Shown here piece after piece: positions 1-10,135 of a stretch of DNA of 64,000 nt. A program made the position numbers and the translations under genes. Source of the DNA: Candidatus Poribacteria bacterium (GTDB lineage: Bacteria; Poribacteria; WGA-4E; PCPOR2b). Numbering within the stretch: position 1 is the first letter of the stretch; every line of letters starts with the position of its first letter. The notes under the pieces are model-generated. The model did no database searches. It worked only from the letters and a program-made list of their open reading frames with translations, and had not been told where the DNA came from. The stretch spans positions 2,496,001-2,560,000 of the forward strand of contig OZ244042.1 of the NCBI GenBank assembly GCA_965215015.1, in the 5' to 3' direction.

Positions 1-92
1 TTGTACCGCTTCCTCTGAAGGGTTCAGACCTATACTAATTTGACGCTGGTGAAGTGCTACTTCGTAACCTGAAATACGACCCGGTTTGTTGA

Positions 93-881
93 TTATCCGT
101 ATCGTCCTTCGATATAATCCGCTGTTTTTGAGTTCTCAGGTGTCAGGAATAAATCCGCAGTGTAGCTGTGCTCGATAATCTCACCGAGCAGCATGAAGAT
201 ACACTCATCACTCACACGGCGCGCTTGCGCCATATTATGCGTAACAATTAGAATGGTATAATGCCCGGCAAGCTCCAACATCAACTCTTCAACAGCCCGT
301 GTTCCTTTGGCGTCGAGGGCAGAACACGGTTCGTCCATCAAAATTACTCGCGGTTTCAGCGGCAGCAGCCGAGCTATGCACAACTTTTGCTGCTGTTCGA
401 GCTGTAAAGTCGTCGCCTTCACCTTTAGTTGATCTTTCAAATCGTCCCAAAGAAAAACCTCCCTTAACGCTGTTTCAACAATCTCGTCAGTTTCCGCCCT
501 CTTCCTTATACCATATCCGGAGTGGACGCGCAGACCGAAGATAATATTTTCGTAGATAGAGATTGGCAAGGGATTTGGACGCTGAAACACCATACCGACA
601 TTTTTTCGCAGTTCAGGCAGTGAAACATCTGAATCGTAGATATTTTTACCGAGGATTTGAACTTTACCGGTCGTCGTGACGTTGCCGTAGCGTTCGTTCA
701 CACGGTTGAAACAACGCAGCAACGTGGTCTTGCCGCACCCGGAGGGACCAATGAGCCCAGTTATTAAACCATCAACAATATTCACACTCACGTTGATAAG
801 TGCCTGAAAATCACCGTACCACAGGTTAAGTTGATGGGTCTCAATGCTGTAGCTTTTGCTGTGTTTCTTATCTGTCCTCAT
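93..881 (-). CDS. pstB: Phosphate ABC transporter ATPase PstB (degenerate signature motif)
   Basis: Walker A GPSGCGKT, GMVFQRPNP, Walker B ILMDEP, VTHN, C-terminal YIEGRYG typical of PstB; LSGGQ replaced by LQLEQ. Confidence 0.93.
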   Translation of the reverse strand: MRTDKKHSKSYSIETHQLNLWYGDFQALINVSVNIVDGLITGLIGPSGCGKTTLLRCFNRVNERYGNVTTTGKVQILGKNIYDSDVSLPELRKNVGMVFQRPNPLPISIYENIIFGLRVHSGYGIRKRAETDEIVETALREVFLWDDLKDQLKVKATTLQLEQQQKLCIARLLPLKPRVILMDEPCSALDAKGTRAVEELMLELAGHYTILIVTHNMAQARRVSDECIFMLLGEIIEHSYTADLFLTPENSKTADYIEGRYG

Positions 882-1651
882 CCGAAGTTTCCATTCACGT
901 AGTCGTAGGTTAGCCTGTTCGCCGGTGAATCAGAGAAGATAATATCGTTATCATCAATTTCGATTAGCTCGCTCTCAAATATAAAAGCAGTGCGGTCTGC
1001 CAAACGACGCGCCTGTTGAACCAAATTGGTAACGAGAATGATAGTGATTTGGGAGCATAATTCTTTGAGGATGTCCTCGATTCGCATTGTCGTCACCGGA
1101 TCAACGGCAATCGAAAATTCGTCGAGGCAGAGGATTTCGGGTTGGTGTGAGAGAGCGCGGGCGATAGTCAAGCGCTGCTGCTGTCCCCCTGACAGCTTCG
1201 TACCAAGACTATTGAGCCGGTCTTTAACCTCATCCCAAAGTGCTGCCTGTTGCAGACAACGCTCAACAAGTTCATCTAACTCACTTCGTCTGCGGATGCC
1301 CGCCGTCCGGGGAGCGAAAGCAACATTATCGTAAATAGACATGGGTAAGCCGACCGGCAGCGGAAAGACCATCCCAATACGTCGGCGCAGCTGGTTGACG
1401 TTTTTGATGCTCTTCACGTCTGTGCCATCAATTTTCACTGAACCACTGACCTCTGCACTTGGCTCGAATTCAATCGTACGGTTAATTGTTTTCAGCAACG
1501 TTGTTTTGCCTGATTGTGCAGGACCGATAATGCCCAGTATTTCATTCTCGTATATATTGAAAGAAATTCCTTTAAGGGCTTCCATCCCGTTGTATCGAAC
1601 AGTGAGATCAGCGATTTCAATTTTCTTTGTCGAGTTAGATATCTTTGCCAA
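878..1651 (-). CDS. pstB: Phosphate ABC transporter ATPase PstB (degenerate Walker A, Q-loop and H-switch)
   Basis: AALWDEVKDRL, LSGGQQQRL, YVNGNFG; Walker A GPAQSGKT, Q-loop VFP, H-switch VTN; overlaps the next pstB by 4 nt. Confidence 0.92.
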   Translation of the reverse strand: MAKISNSTKKIEIADLTVRYNGMEALKGISFNIYENEILGIIGPAQSGKTTLLKTINRTIEFEPSAEVSGSVKIDGTDVKSIKNVNQLRRRIGMVFPLPVGLPMSIYDNVAFAPRTAGIRRRSELDELVERCLQQAALWDEVKDRLNSLGTKLSGGQQQRLTIARALSHQPEILCLDEFSIAVDPVTTMRIEDILKELCSQITIILVTNLVQQARRLADRTAFIFESELIEIDDNDIIFSDSPANRLTYDYVNGNFG

Positions 1652-1724
1652 TGTCTTAGATTTTACCGTAAATTAAAATTCCCGGAACCAAATTTCACAT
1701 TCCTTTCAGGTCCTAATTGTCAAC

Positions 1725-2666
1725 CTACCACCGCTTCCGAGACCGCAGGTACACGCGCAACACAATCGCTAACGCGTTCACCATCAGCACGGCACCCAAA
1801 AGCACAACGGCTGTGCCATACTCTAAGGCTTCGGGAACGCCCGGAACTTGGGTCGAAAGTTGGTACAGGTGCATCGAAAGTGCCATAAATCGATCAAACA
1901 GACTATAGGCAAAAACATCCCCTTCAGAGATGGCCTTAAAAAATACTGCGCCGGTAAACATAATTGGCGCAGTCTCGCCCGCTGCTCGGGACACCTGTAA
2001 AATTACTCCCGTCAATATACCGCTGATTGAATTCGGCAAGACGATGCCACGAATCGTCTGCCACCGCGTTGCGCCGGTATTCCAACAGGCTTCCCGAAAT
2101 GCCATTGGAACAGCACCAAGTGCTTCTTTCGTGCTTGCGATGATAACCGGCAAGGTCATAATTGCCAACGTGAGCGAAGCGGCCAAAACCGAACGCCCCA
2201 TCTTTGCAAAATACACAAAAGCACCCACGCCAAAAAGGGCGTGAACGATACTCGGCACACCGGCGAGATTGACTACCGCAAGGTTAATTATGCGCGTGAA
2301 CCAACTTTCGCGGGCGTATTCGTTCAGGTAGACCGCAGCTAACACACCGATCGGCGCGGAAACAAGCAGCGAAATGATTACAATGTAAATCGTTCCAAGC
2401 AGCGGTGCCCATATACCACCGGCTCTCATCCCCTTTGCAGGGTTCGTAAAAAGGAACTCCAGAGACAAAATCGGTGACGCCTTAACAAAGAGATATACAA
2501 CGATGAGAACAAGCGGCAATATTATCAACAGCGTCATCACGAAGAAGATGCCCCGTGCGATATTCTCCGTCAGCTGTTTTTTACGACTCCGCTCGGTTGC
2601 GGTAAACATCAATTGAGGTGCGGCGGTTTCTGGAGAGGTGGGGGAGGAATTTATATCTGTTACCAT
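1725..2666 (-). CDS. pstA: Phosphate ABC transporter permease PstA
   Basis: AVYLNEYA, NLAGVPSIV, RAAGETAP motifs; position in the operon. Confidence 0.95.
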   Translation of the reverse strand: MVTDINSSPTSPETAAPQLMFTATERSRKKQLTENIARGIFFVMTLLIILPLVLIVVYLFVKASPILSLEFLFTNPAKGMRAGGIWAPLLGTIYIVIISLLVSAPIGVLAAVYLNEYARESWFTRIINLAVVNLAGVPSIVHALFGVGAFVYFAKMGRSVLAASLTLAIMTLPVIIASTKEALGAVPMAFREACWNTGATRWQTIRGIVLPNSISGILTGVILQVSRAAGETAPIMFTGAVFFKAISEGDVFAYSLFDRFMALSMHLYQLSTQVPGVPEALEYGTAVVLLGAVLMVNALAIVLRVYLRSRKRW

Positions 2667-2685
2667 GTAATCTCTTAAATGAGTG

Positions 2686-3594
2686 CTATGCCTTTTCGCG
2701 GATGCCTTTAATCACAAGGTCAGTGACAAAGTTCACAATAAATGTAATTGAAAACAACAAAACACCGATGATAAACAATACACTATAGTGATCACTTCCC
2801 TCTGCTGCCTCACCTAATTCTGCTGCAATCGTGGCGGTCAGGGTGCGAACAGAATCGAAAGGACTAGTCGGCAGGTTCACCGCATGACCTGTTGTCATCA
2901 GTACTGCCATGGTTTCACCGACAGCACGACCAACGCCCAGTAGCACCGCTGCGAGTAATCCATTCTTCGCTGTGGGCAACAACACACGATAAATTACCTG
3001 CCATCGCGTCGCGCCGAGTGCTTCAGCCGCCTCTCGATACGAATCCGGCACAGCTTTGAGCGCGTCCTCACCGATAGAGACAATAATGGGAACACTCATC
3101 AGGGCCAGAATGAGGCCACCGTTTAGCATCGTCAAGCCAATCGGCACGTTGAATAGCTCGATAATCAGTGCGTTCATCACCGTCAAGCCGATGAACCCCC
3201 ACACGACAGACGGAATCGCCGCGAGTAACTCGATGACGATTTTGAGTATCTCCTTCAGTTTTGGACCACAAAATTCAGACACGAAGATAGCTGCCCCAAG
3301 CCCAAACGGCACAGCAATAATCATCGCCAAGGCAGTCACGCTAAACGTACCTGCGATTAATGCCAATACACCGTAACGTTTGTTATTCAGAGAGGTGGGA
3401 TACCATTCGGGGCTCGTGAGAAACTCAACGATATCCAATCCACCGAAGAAAAAACCCATCCCTTCGCGGAAGACGAAAAAAAATATACCGAAGACAAAGA
3501 TGATTGCGCTGATACCACACAGGCGAATGATTCCTTCGATAACTGGCTCACACCAACGTTCCAGTTGGTAAAAAATGTTCACGATTGTTCGCAT
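2686..3594 (-). CDS. pstC: Phosphate ABC transporter permease PstC
   Basis: ELLAAIPSVV, EAAEALGATRW, RAVGETMAV motifs. Confidence 0.95.
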   Translation of the reverse strand: MRTIVNIFYQLERWCEPVIEGIIRLCGISAIIFVFGIFFFVFREGMGFFFGGLDIVEFLTSPEWYPTSLNNKRYGVLALIAGTFSVTALAMIIAVPFGLGAAIFVSEFCGPKLKEILKIVIELLAAIPSVVWGFIGLTVMNALIIELFNVPIGLTMLNGGLILALMSVPIIVSIGEDALKAVPDSYREAAEALGATRWQVIYRVLLPTAKNGLLAAVLLGVGRAVGETMAVLMTTGHAVNLPTSPFDSVRTLTATIAAELGEAAEGSDHYSVLFIIGVLLFSITFIVNFVTDLVIKGIREKA

Positions 3595-3652
3595 AATTGA
3601 TGGTCATTCATTGGCGTTTCGGCACCGTAATTCAACAAGCCCCTATCGCGAC

Positions 3653-4561
3653 TCATTTCTGTCCGACGGGGACGTAACCCGTTTTCTCAACAATCCCCTG
3701 TCCCGCTGGCGAAAAGATCCAATCTAGGTAAGACTGTTCCTGCGGTTCTGGGGTTCCGAGCGAATACATATACAAGGGCCTTGCGATTGGATACGTGCCA
3801 TCAAGTACGCCTTGGGCAGTAGGACCAGAGGCGGTATCACCGGCGGTTTTGGCAATCTTAAGCATCTTCACCTCTTCCGTGACATACCCCATGCCGCTAT
3901 AACCAATTGCACACGGCGTATGGGCGATGAGTTCAACGACATCCTTGGAGCCGTGTAAATCTCTTGAACCGAGTTTATAATCGCGATTCTTGCCGAGAAT
4001 TGCCGCGCGGAAATAGACGAATGTCCCAGAATTTGATTGGCGGCTCACCCGGATGATCTCGTCACTAGCACACCTGCTATTATCGATGCCGAGCTGCGAC
4101 CATTCAGTTATGTCTCCGCCTTCTCCGTAGATATCAGCAAGTTGCTCTATGGAGATTTCAGCGAGTGGGTTGTCCTTGTGGACGTAAACAGCAAGCGCAT
4201 CGTACCCAACGATAAACTCTTTTGATGCTTCGCCGGTATTCTGTTTCACCCGTTCACTCTCCTCTGGGGTCATTTGACGGCTACAATTTGCGATGTCTAC
4301 CGTGCCGCTAATCAGGGCAGCGATACCGGTTCCTGAACCACCACCGGATACTTCAATGGACACATTCGGCTCGACTGTAGCATACTCCTCTGCCCATGCC
4401 TGTGCAAGATTGACCATCGTATCAGAACCCGCGTTCTGAATCACGGACTTCTCCGTTGTGTTACCCCCACTCTTTTCACCCGCCTCATCTTTCTTTGTAC
4501 ATCCGTTTGAAAATAAACAGAACGCTACCGCAACGATAGCGCACAATACTTTATTAAACAT
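3653..4561 (-). CDS. pstS: Phosphate-binding lipoprotein PstS
   Basis: AGSDTMV, GGGSGTGIAAL, RQSNSGT, YPIARPLYMY; lipobox SNGC; start set at ATG 4561 behind an AAGGAG RBS. Confidence 0.93.
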   Translation of the reverse strand: MFNKVLCAIVAVAFCLFSNGCTKKDEAGEKSGGNTTEKSVIQNAGSDTMVNLAQAWAEEYATVEPNVSIEVSGGGSGTGIAALISGTVDIANCSRQMTPEESERVKQNTGEASKEFIVGYDALAVYVHKDNPLAEISIEQLADIYGEGGDITEWSQLGIDNSRCASDEIIRVSRQSNSGTFVYFRAAILGKNRDYKLGSRDLHGSKDVVELIAHTPCAIGYSGMGYVTEEVKMLKIAKTAGDTASGPTAQGVLDGTYPIARPLYMYSLGTPEPQEQSYLDWIFSPAGQGIVEKTGYVPVGQK

Positions 4562-4568
4562 CAGTTTC

Positions 4569-5681
4569 CTACTCCTTCTCAACATCATCACCGAGAATTG
4601 CTTGAGTCAGTTCTCGGAGGTGTGTTTCTAAAAATTGAAATGTTTTTTGGTATGCAGCTTGAATTTCCGCTGCAGTTCCTTCAAGTTTTGATGGATCGGG
4701 CACTTCCCAGCTAATACGAACTGGTCTCGAGGGCAACGATGGGAGTGCTCTCTCCGCTTCCTCACAGAGCGATACAATGATTGCATAATCTTTGAGATCT
4801 AAAATCTGGTTTAAATATTTGGACCTCTGACCAGAAATATCAATCCCCTTTTCCGCCATGAATTGCACGGTTTTTGGATCCAGCGGCTGGGATGCCACGC
4901 CGGCACTGCTAAACAGTATCCTATCTGATTCGAGCGCATTGCCGATACCGACTGCCATCTGACCTCGGCACGCATCGTGCTCGGCAACGAAAAGCACGCG
5001 CAACACCTGTTGATAGTTATGTCTTAAATCTTCACCGGTACACATATACAAGACTTCTTCGCAAATATTGCTTGCCTGATTTGCCACGCGCTCCAAGCAA
5101 CTGACAATCGTCACCAATGGTGCTAGTGCCTCTGAGGGCAATTCGTTCTTGATATGTAATTGGATTAAATCACGATGAATTTCATAGCGCAGGTTGTCTA
5201 TGGCTCGTTCTTTTTCCCTTTCCCTTGTTGCCTTCGCCAACTCAGCATCGCCTTCAGTGAAGGCTTGCAAAGCATTACGAAAGAACGAAATTGCAAGGTA
5301 GGCAATGTCGCTGAGCCTGGGATAGGAAGCTTGCACCCCCAGATCGCTGACAGTCAAAAATCGCCTAGCAATCGCTTTCGCATAATCACCGACACGCTCC
5401 AATCCGGTGTTGATTTTGATGACCGAATAGACAAAGCGCATTTGACTCGCGACTGGCAGATGCTTAATCAAAAATCTCTGGCAAAGTGATTCTAAGGTCT
5501 CCTCTAATTCATCGATATGCCGATCCCTTAAGATCACCGCATAAGCCAACTGCCGAGCATTATCCTCAATCGCACCCAGACAAGTCTCTAACGCTTTTTC
5601 AACCAATCTGCCCATCTCAATTACATTGCTGCGAATTAAATCAATGTCCTGCTGCATATTTTCTTCTAAGCGAGATTGCAT
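4569..5681 (-). CDS. phoU: PhoU fused to a C-terminal ArsC/LMW-PTP-like domain
   Basis: Two PhoU repeats (LERVGDYA, LERVANQASNICEEV), then VLFVAEHDACRGQMA...SAGV...MAEKGIDISGQRSK...WEVPDP; start at ATG 5681 after GGAGG. Confidence 0.88.
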   Translation of the reverse strand: MQSRLEENMQQDIDLIRSNVIEMGRLVEKALETCLGAIEDNARQLAYAVILRDRHIDELEETLESLCQRFLIKHLPVASQMRFVYSVIKINTGLERVGDYAKAIARRFLTVSDLGVQASYPRLSDIAYLAISFFRNALQAFTEGDAELAKATREREKERAIDNLRYEIHRDLIQLHIKNELPSEALAPLVTIVSCLERVANQASNICEEVLYMCTGEDLRHNYQQVLRVLFVAEHDACRGQMAVGIGNALESDRILFSSAGVASQPLDPKTVQFMAEKGIDISGQRSKYLNQILDLKDYAIIVSLCEEAERALPSLPSRPVRISWEVPDPSKLEGTAAEIQAAYQKTFQFLETHLRELTQAILGDDVEKE

Positions 5682-5778
5682 GGCGTGCCCCCTCCAAATT
5701 TTGTCATATTCCAACGTTCGTCATGATACATGGTAGTAGATCATAACTGAGGGACAAAGATAAATAAGACATCCATTG

Positions 5779-6816
5779 CTAGAACGTAAAGAATGCTGTC
5801 AAACGCGGCATAATCGTTGCGTCAGGTTTGGTGCCGTTATCAGGTTCATCGTAAAAAACAAAGACGAGATTGGGCATGATATGGAACGCCTCAATTGGTG
5901 TCCAATCCAACCCAACAAGAATCATATTCGGTGCTGCTATATCATCAAAAGGGATATAAGAAATGGCCTTCCCAGAGGGATTCGGATCGAACAGTCGATC
6001 AAACCGAGCGAAAGCCCACACCTTCTTCTCGATCAATTGTGCTGCACCGAACACCGAGCCCCCTAAAATATTAAGGTCGCTCTTCTGCCGCGTTTGATTG
6101 ACAAGCTGAACACCGATCCGAAATTGCTCCCGTTGATAGCCGAGAAGCCCTTGTAATGTGTACCATCTGCCCCGATCTACCGCATTTTCCAAATCAGCAT
6201 ATCCTTCAACGATAATGCCTCTAACAGGCTTGGCTGCGAGCGAAAAAGCGACCTTCTTGTTCTTATCGATTTCTGCCTTTGTGCTCATGCCATTTGCGAA
6301 TATCAGATGATAGCTGATTTTCTTTGATTTGTCGACATCGCCTTGTAGTGCTACACCAAAGTCGGAGCCGTTCCCCATTTTATGAAGGGCAACTAGCGTT
6401 TTTGCAATAGAGCGATAGCCCCATACCTTGTCAACATTGTTCCAAGTTGGGTTGTTGGATAACCCCAAATAAATATTCGTCCGCCACTTGGGTCGCTTCC
6501 ACCTCAGATAGCCGTTTTTGAGAAACGGTTCGATTTTTGAGCTTGTCTGGCGGGCTGTGGGAAATGATTGTCCATTCATCTCCAGACGAAATCGCACGGA
6601 AAAATCTTCTGACAGGTCCTTGTCGTAATTAAAGTAGATGCGCCGATACTGAAATCCATTTCGATTCTTAAGTTCAGCGTCATAAGCCTTCAGCACGTGG
6701 TAGTAATCAGTAAAAAAATAACCGCTAATCCTACCCTCATTTCCCCACAAAACAGAAGGGTTACTCAACAATAGACATATAACAAGCAAGATGCTGTGAC
6801 GAAAATATTTTCTCAT
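5779..6816 (-). CDS. Outer-membrane porin, probably phosphate-selective
   Basis: Signal peptide, GFQYRRIYFNY...RFRLE motif, alternating beta-strands, C-terminal Phe; directly upstream of phoU-pst. Confidence 0.7.
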   Translation of the reverse strand: MRKYFRHSILLVICLLLSNPSVLWGNEGRISGYFFTDYYHVLKAYDAELKNRNGFQYRRIYFNYDKDLSEDFSVRFRLEMNGQSFPTARQTSSKIEPFLKNGYLRWKRPKWRTNIYLGLSNNPTWNNVDKVWGYRSIAKTLVALHKMGNGSDFGVALQGDVDKSKKISYHLIFANGMSTKAEIDKNKKVAFSLAAKPVRGIIVEGYADLENAVDRGRWYTLQGLLGYQREQFRIGVQLVNQTRQKSDLNILGGSVFGAAQLIEKKVWAFARFDRLFDPNPSGKAISYIPFDDIAAPNMILVGLDWTPIEAFHIMPNLVFVFYDEPDNGTKPDATIMPRLTAFFTF

Positions 6817-7142
6817 AAAGCCTCCGTTCGTAACATTTTTGTTCAATGACATTTTGGTGAATTACTTAACATCGATCAACTTAAATATACCATAAATGCC
6901 ACAAATTGTCACAAAAAAAGCGCGTTATGAAACATGTCTCTATGAAAAGAGGACACGACTGGGACAAGGCGGCAATTCATAACGCGTCCGATGGAGGTTA
7001 TTGTTTTGCCAGTTTTAGACCCTGATTAGTTCAGAGATGCTCATAAATAGGCCCTGATGGGTGTACCCCTCAACGGGTAGGGGTTGGGCGAGGAGACCTC
7101 AACCGAATCGAGCGATGACACGCATTGAATAATGAGCACCCC

Positions 7143-8102
7143 TCAATTAGTTTTTAACTGAAAAGCGATTGGAATCTCTAGACGAAGCGTTAATCCTTCT
7201 TGACCTTCAGGAAAAGATGGAAAGGGGGCAGCGTCGCGCACAGCGGACAGAGCAGCAGCGTCAAGCGATTTGGAGCCAGAGGAGGTGACGACCTTAACGT
7301 CGACAAGGCTTCCATCACGACGAATTGTAAATTGTAACTGTGCCTCGCTGCCATCAGCTAAATTTCGTACCGATCGCGGATAGCGTTGGGAGCGTCTGAT
7401 TTTGTCCCGGACCAACTGGAGAAACTCCGTAAAGGATTGTGTTGCATCTCTCAGCTCTGCTGTAATCGGTTCAATTGCCGCCGGGTTAAAGTCCATTTGT
7501 GAAAAATTGTTCCCCGTGTCAATCTTACTGGTTATTGATGTACTCATAAATTTTGGGACTTCAAACTGAGGTGTTACAGCAACGACTTGTGCCTGACGGG
7601 CTCCGGAAAATAAACCTCTACCAAGTTGAGTGCTAGGTTCACCGATCAATCCAACAGAAAGACTACTGGCTGGAATCGTGAACCTTTCGCTGCCTATTGG
7701 AAGACGAGCACTAGTTGTAGCAATTTGTTGAAGTTGCGGTTTAGGCGTTGCTATTGCTTTTCGAGGAGTGGTGGTTTTGGCAATGCGTGGGCGGGACCGA
7801 CGCTTAAGTGTCGGTTTGGGAGCGGGTTTCATCAGCACCCCTTGCATCAGCTCCTCATTGACAATCTTTTCTTGTACAACGTATGCTGTGGCAATTAATG
7901 CTCCGGCAAGATGGAGAATAACAGAGGCAAAAAATGCCCCGCTCCTTTTGCCTGCTTGCTTAGGTGAACCTTGATTTCGACTGGGTATAACATGTCCTTT
8001 GGGCATAGCATGTTCTTCGACTTCATTCGTAGGAGTACGACTCACACGAGGTGCAGGGGCTTGTTCACCCCTGAAAGAGGCAGGGAACGAGCCTGTTACC
8101 AT
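7143..8102 (-). CDS. tonB: Energy transducer TonB
   Basis: N-terminal TM helix with SVILH, Pro/Lys-rich linker, C-terminal YP...FTIRRDGS...SSGSKSLDAAAL...PFP; start uncertain (8006/8102/8171). Confidence 0.85.
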   Translation of the reverse strand: MVTGSFPASFRGEQAPAPRVSRTPTNEVEEHAMPKGHVIPSRNQGSPKQAGKRSGAFFASVILHLAGALIATAYVVQEKIVNEELMQGVLMKPAPKPTLKRRSRPRIAKTTTPRKAIATPKPQLQQIATTSARLPIGSERFTIPASSLSVGLIGEPSTQLGRGLFSGARQAQVVAVTPQFEVPKFMSTSITSKIDTGNNFSQMDFNPAAIEPITAELRDATQSFTEFLQLVRDKIRRSQRYPRSVRNLADGSEAQLQFTIRRDGSLVDVKVVTSSGSKSLDAAALSAVRDAAPFPSFPEGQEGLTLRLEIPIAFQLKTN

Positions 8103-8174
8103 CTGCTCTCGACGTTTCTTTTTTTTTATGTAGTTGTTTGCTTTATAATTAGAAATGTAACCACTCATCATTGT

Positions 8175-8699
8175 TCAATCCTCATAACTTAAAAGTTTAT
8201 AATGATTTCCTTTCTTGACCACAGATCCAAGAATCCTCAATTCAATTTTTTTACCGTTCGCTTGCTGTACTGTAAGCACTGTTCCGCGTAGCAGCTTAAA
8301 ACCTTTATATGCCTCGGTTGGACGATCAAATTGGATAGCTGTAAAGACTAAACCCTTGCGTCCGTAACGTTCAATCCAACTGTTAGCACCGAGGACGCAT
8401 TTTTTATCCAAATTTGACCATGCAAAATCAGCGGTAAAGTTATAGGGGGGGCGGCTTGCAGGAAAGGCGGGCCAAATCCATGACAAATATTCATCTTGAT
8501 CCACTCTCAACTGATGTAGCCCATTACTATCCCCACGATTCAACGCATCAACGACAGCTTGACCGAGGGCAGCCGGAGAATCAAAGCTGCCCTCCCATGA
8601 ATTTTTTTTATTCCAACCAATCGATACGATCAGCAGAACGAGAAGAATTATTCCTAATACAATTCGCCATTTCATGTGATGAAAGAAAATGAAATTCAA
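8175..8699 (-). CDS. Hypothetical membrane-anchored protein
   Basis: 174-aa ORF with an N-terminal hydrophobic helix, co-oriented within the TBDR-TonB operon. Confidence 0.7.
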   Translation of the reverse strand: MNFIFFHHMKWRIVLGIILLVLLIVSIGWNKKNSWEGSFDSPAALGQAVVDALNRGDSNGLHQLRVDQDEYLSWIWPAFPASRPPYNFTADFAWSNLDKKCVLGANSWIERYGRKGLVFTAIQFDRPTEAYKGFKLLRGTVLTVQQANGKKIELRILGSVVKKGNHYKLLSYED

Positions 8700-8746
8700 G
8701 GATTGAACAGGATTGTTTTAACATCTTAATCCTGAACATCCTTGAA
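8695..8746. repeat. Palindromic hairpin (ttcaaggat..caggatt..aatcctg..atccttgaa)
   Basis: Interrupted inverted repeat immediately after the lipoprotein stop codon. Confidence 0.55.
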
Positions 8747-8752
8747 TTTTAA

Positions 8753-10084
8753 TTAGTTTTGAGCGGTTGTCGTCCAACCCTCTGTCCAGTTATCGTTAGG
8801 CCCCATTCCACCAATAAAATTCACAGGCTCAAAGAAGCCATCCCCAGGCGGCGAAGCGACTGGAATCGCACCGTTGACCGCTGGAGAATCGGCGGCTGGG
8901 CGAAAGTCTGGACCACTCTGGGCAAATGGGTTGTTCAACTTCGCATCTGCCTCAAGGTTATTAAAGGTTGGATCCATTGCCCATGCAGCTTCATCGAAAT
9001 CCTCGTCCGGTTCGGCGAAGTTACCCGGTTGGTTATTGGAGAAAATGGTGTTTTGGATGGTGAGATTACCGCTGTTGGCTTGAGCAATCGTTGACGCATT
9101 ATCAATATCAAGTCCAGCTTTGTTCTTAAAACCGTGTACAATGATATTGCGATATATGCCCGCTGCGCCTTCACGAATTAACATACCGGTATCACTTGTG
9201 GGTCCCTGCGGGTCACCGATAAGTGTGGCGTTGTAAATTGTCGGGGCAGACCGTGGCGTTGCATCATTGTTCTTGCTGCTGTTGTCATTTTCAAAGCCGT
9301 TATCGGCCTCATCTCCACGTTGCTGTGCAATCCAGAACTGGCCTTTGCCAGTCCAACCATCTGTCCAATCGAAGGAATCATCACGTGCACCTGTGACAAG
9401 CGCGTGTTTGATGTTGACCGTACCACCGAACATCTCAATGCCATCATCCTGATTGAAGTGAACCTGTACATAATTGACTACCGTACCAGAACCAACGCCT
9501 TGGAAGGCGATACCATTTAACTCGTTATCAGGACTAAACTCAATACCTGCAAATTCGACGCGAACATATTTGAGGACGCCGCTGCTATCTGTGGGATTAT
9601 TTCCACCGAAAGCACCCGTATCCCCTTCACCGAATGTAATGCCTTGGTTGCTAGGGGCACGACCATTAATAATCAGACCTCCCCACTGTCCGCGACCACG
9701 CGAACCTTCGAGAGCATCGCTGGTGAAAACAATCGGTGCATCCGGCGTTCCTTCAGCCATAATCCTTGAACCTCGCGCGATAATAAGCGTACCGTTGGAA
9801 ACACCTTCCCCAAAAATAGTAGTGCCCGGTTCAATGGTCAACGTGGCATCATTTTCTACATATACAGCACCCCGTAGCACATGTTCACGGTCTGCTTTGA
9901 GGGTAAGGTTTCCCGTGATTTTCCCCTCAAGGATATTTGGACCACTCGGTTCTTCAGCAGTGGTGACATCACCACCGTCAGTGCTATCAGTGTCGTCGTC
10001 TTCGTCATCACCACAACCCACAAACAGAAGGGCAAGGCAGATGCACAGGACAGGCAACAACCGGAAACACAAAAAGTTACTCAT
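8753..10084 (-). CDS. TBDR-associated surface lipoprotein (probable beta-helix)
   Basis: Lipobox FVGC, acidic linker, GQWGGLIING, YVRVEFAG, DDGIEMFGGTVN, DDSFDW motifs; start ATG 10084 after AAGGAAG. Confidence 0.85.
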   Translation of the reverse strand: MSNFLCFRLLPVLCICLALLFVGCGDDEDDDTDSTDGGDVTTAEEPSGPNILEGKITGNLTLKADREHVLRGAVYVENDATLTIEPGTTIFGEGVSNGTLIIARGSRIMAEGTPDAPIVFTSDALEGSRGRGQWGGLIINGRAPSNQGITFGEGDTGAFGGNNPTDSSGVLKYVRVEFAGIEFSPDNELNGIAFQGVGSGTVVNYVQVHFNQDDGIEMFGGTVNIKHALVTGARDDSFDWTDGWTGKGQFWIAQQRGDEADNGFENDNSSKNNDATPRSAPTIYNATLIGDPQGPTSDTGMLIREGAAGIYRNIIVHGFKNKAGLDIDNASTIAQANSGNLTIQNTIFSNNQPGNFAEPDEDFDEAAWAMDPTFNNLEADAKLNNPFAQSGPDFRPAADSPAVNGAIPVASPPGDGFFEPVNFIGGMGPNDNWTEGWTTTAQN

Positions 10085-10135
10085 TGGATTCAACTTCCTT
10101 TCTTGGTTAGATTTAGCGTAAAATATAAAAAGAAT

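Noticed and set aside
6884-6913. Pho box upstream of the porin gene
   Set aside because: gccaca/gtcaca repeats are 10 rather than 11 bp apart and the spacing to the -10 differs from the other three sites; possible but unsupported
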